A DNA stretch of 64,000 nucleotides, from assembly GCA_034780895.1 (NCBI GenBank), contig JAUZTB010000127.1:17703532-17767531 (forward strand), in the 5' to 3' direction. The notes under the pieces are model-generated. The model did not search any database and was not told where the DNA came from. It worked only from the letters and a program-made list of their open reading frames with translations. This DNA is from Rhynchobatus australiae (lineage: Eukaryota). Both the position numbers and the translations under genes were made by a program. Below, piece by piece: positions 61,523 to 64,000 of this stretch (position 1 is the stretch's first letter; every line of letters starts with the position of its first letter).

Positions 61523-64000
61523 AAGATCATTAGTTGCTGACAGGTTCTAGAATGATTATTTGTATCTTCATTCGTGGGGCATGAGTGTGACTGGCGAGCA
61601 GTTATTGCCCATCCTTAAGATCACACTGAGGAGGGAGGAATTCTAGGGTTTTGACCCAGTTATGATGAATCCATGGTAATATATTTCCATAATAGGTGGG
61701 GGTTTGACACTTAACCTTGCTGAGTTACTGCAATACATTTTGTAGATGGCACACTGCAGACACAATCACTGTCATTGATGGATTGTTTTTGCAGCATTCT
61801 GTGTATTCAGTCATTTCTTGATCACATGGAGTGGATCAAATTGGCTGGAGATTTCCTTCGTGATTGTGAACACCTCAGGATGGGGCTGAAATGGGTTATG
61901 AACTTGATAGTTCTGAATGAGGATCATTGCAAAGGCCTTAGCTTTGTCCTTTGCACGAACTTACTGGCCTTTTCCAACATTGAAAATGGGGACGTTCATG
62001 GAACCTGGTTCTCAGTGGGATCTCTTCCTTGTGGCACACTGTTTCTGCTGTTTACCATATAAAAAGTCCTGTATGGTATCATGGCCAGACTGGCATTTCA
62101 CTCTGATGCAATTCCTGTTATGCCCTCAACACTCCTTAATGAACCAGGGTTAGTCACCTGGTTTGACGGTAATCCCTGTAGGGTACTGGAATACAATAGT
62201 GGTGTTGCTAATGGACTGCAGAACCTTATAGCTGTCCAGTTTTGAGTTGGCGGTTTGATCTGAATCCTTTGCATTTAGTAGCCCCACACAATACAAAGCA
62301 GGGAGTCCTTGATATGGTACTTGTCACCAAAAGTGACAGCCAGTCTTACAGATAATACCATGGATGGACCATCTGCAAGTAAATTATTTTTGAGGAGTTT
62401 TTTTTCCTCATTTGNNNNNNNNNNNNNNNNNNNNNNNNNNNNNNNNNNNNNNNNNNNNNNNNNNNNNNNNNNNNNNNNNNNNNNNNNNNNNNNNNNNNNN
62501 NNNNNNNNNNNNNNGTTGTTTCTCTCACTGCATACCATAACAATGTCAGTGGCATGTCCTTCAGTACTCAAGCCACCCCAGTTAGTCATGATGCTTCTAA
62601 ACCACTAATGGTGATGATGGATGGGCATTGAGATATGGCACCCAGAGTATATTGTGTACCTTTGTTACCCTTAGTGAAGATATCTGTGTTTCTTTGATAC
62701 TAGAATCTGTAAATCCAGAATAACTGATTCTGATTTATATTTTTACAGAATCAATTACTAGCATCAAAAGAAGTACTGCACAAGTCTGAATGCTGGCTGT
62801 CATATTACATTTGTTTAATATTACTATAAATCTTCAAGAAGAAGAATGTAACTATTCTGCCAATATACACTGTATTACCTGCCATTGTTGCTGTTTCTTT
62901 TCTGGAGAATGAAACCTACTGATCAACAATTGTTAGCTGTGAATCATTTTGCTGGTCTGAATTGACTGTTTTAATTGCTGCTTTAATAATCATGTTGCAT
63001 TTGTATGTATTGGTTCACTTTGCTGAATTAGATAAAATTCATTTTGTATAAAATATAATAAACATTTTTGTAGTTATGTTATTACAAATAATCAAATTTC
63101 TGACATGTCATCCCATAGCATTTGATGCAGGTAGCAGAAGGAAGCTTCCCACAAAAACTGTGGTAAGAGCATCCTCTCTTCCAGTGTCAGTTGCCATCAG
63201 GCATCAGTTCAAGGAGACCCCTGAGATACAGCAGCCAAGAAGGTAATCAATTTGGCTGAGCAGCCAACCACATTAAAGATTTCTCACAAGCAGCACATCA
63301 GGAAGCAAAAATCGTAATTTTAAGTGTACTTTTTGAATAATGTACCAACAACTAAATAAAGATTGAAACATATAATTATGATTTGGGTAGAACTGCAAGA
63401 TACCACAATTCAACTTTTCTAAAATATGTTTAATTTTTATTTAAAGTAACTTAAATTTTGAAATATTTATAAGAGACATTTACAATCCACATACATAAAA
63501 GTAGTTGGTTAGGATCAGAGTGTTCACTAAGCATAAGATTTTCATTGTGCTTAGAAGCATGATTGCTTTATGAATTCATGAAATTCACATCGGTTCAAGT
63601 GATTTCTTTTGATTGAGCAAGAGTACTGAAGTACCAACAGCATCCTTGGGATTTCTACAATAAACTATTCACATATAAATCTCAAATCTAATGTGAGTCA
63701 TATGAAGTTTTGCTGATAAATGCTGATATTTTGCCATTATTACTACCTCATAACCCAGGCCATCATAGTTTACACTTGTCAGAGTTTGCATGTTCTAACA
63801 TATCATAACTATTCATTTTTATGTGTCTCATAAATGTCCCAATGGGAAATTAATGCTTCCATAATTACTGCATTGTTAATTTGAAAGAAATGAATAGACT
63901 ACCAAATTAATTAAAAGTAGAGAGCTTTAGATTAAGCTATTTCTATGTTATAATTTGTTAAGTGTAAAACATTTATCATGATTATGGCTTCAGTTTCATT

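Overview
Vertebrate genomic DNA with many N gaps; the repeat families suggest a cartilaginous fish, probably a ray (inference). Four protein-coding genes, all on the + strand: (1) GSPT1/eRF3a, 13 exons from 5763 to 17758, with the 5' exons upstream of the window; (2) complete RSL1D1, 9 exons from 24206 to 40084, 437 aa, with a CpG-island promoter rich in CACGTG E-boxes; (3) a PIRT-family two-TM gene, 53170-53571; (4) a TMEM238-family two-TM gene, 58190-58696. Introns and intergenic DNA hold decayed CR1, L2, RTE, Rex/Babar and Tx1 LINE pieces, V-SINEs, a TA-flanked mariner-type MITE, and many copies of an inverted-terminus repeat carrying a Penelope-type minimal hammerhead ribozyme motif. Most interesting: the PIRT-like/TMEM238-like pair next to GSPT1-RSL1D1 (likely an uncharacterised whole-genome-duplication copy of the mammalian PIRT-TMEM238L pair); the hammerhead-bearing repeats, one with its catalytic core replaced by an E-box; a 57-bp inverted templated insertion in RSL1D1 intron 1; and a conserved, structured GSPT1 3'UTR. 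No tRNA, rRNA, CRISPR array or confident snoRNA was found. All comparisons to human sequences and gene order are from memory, not database searches.
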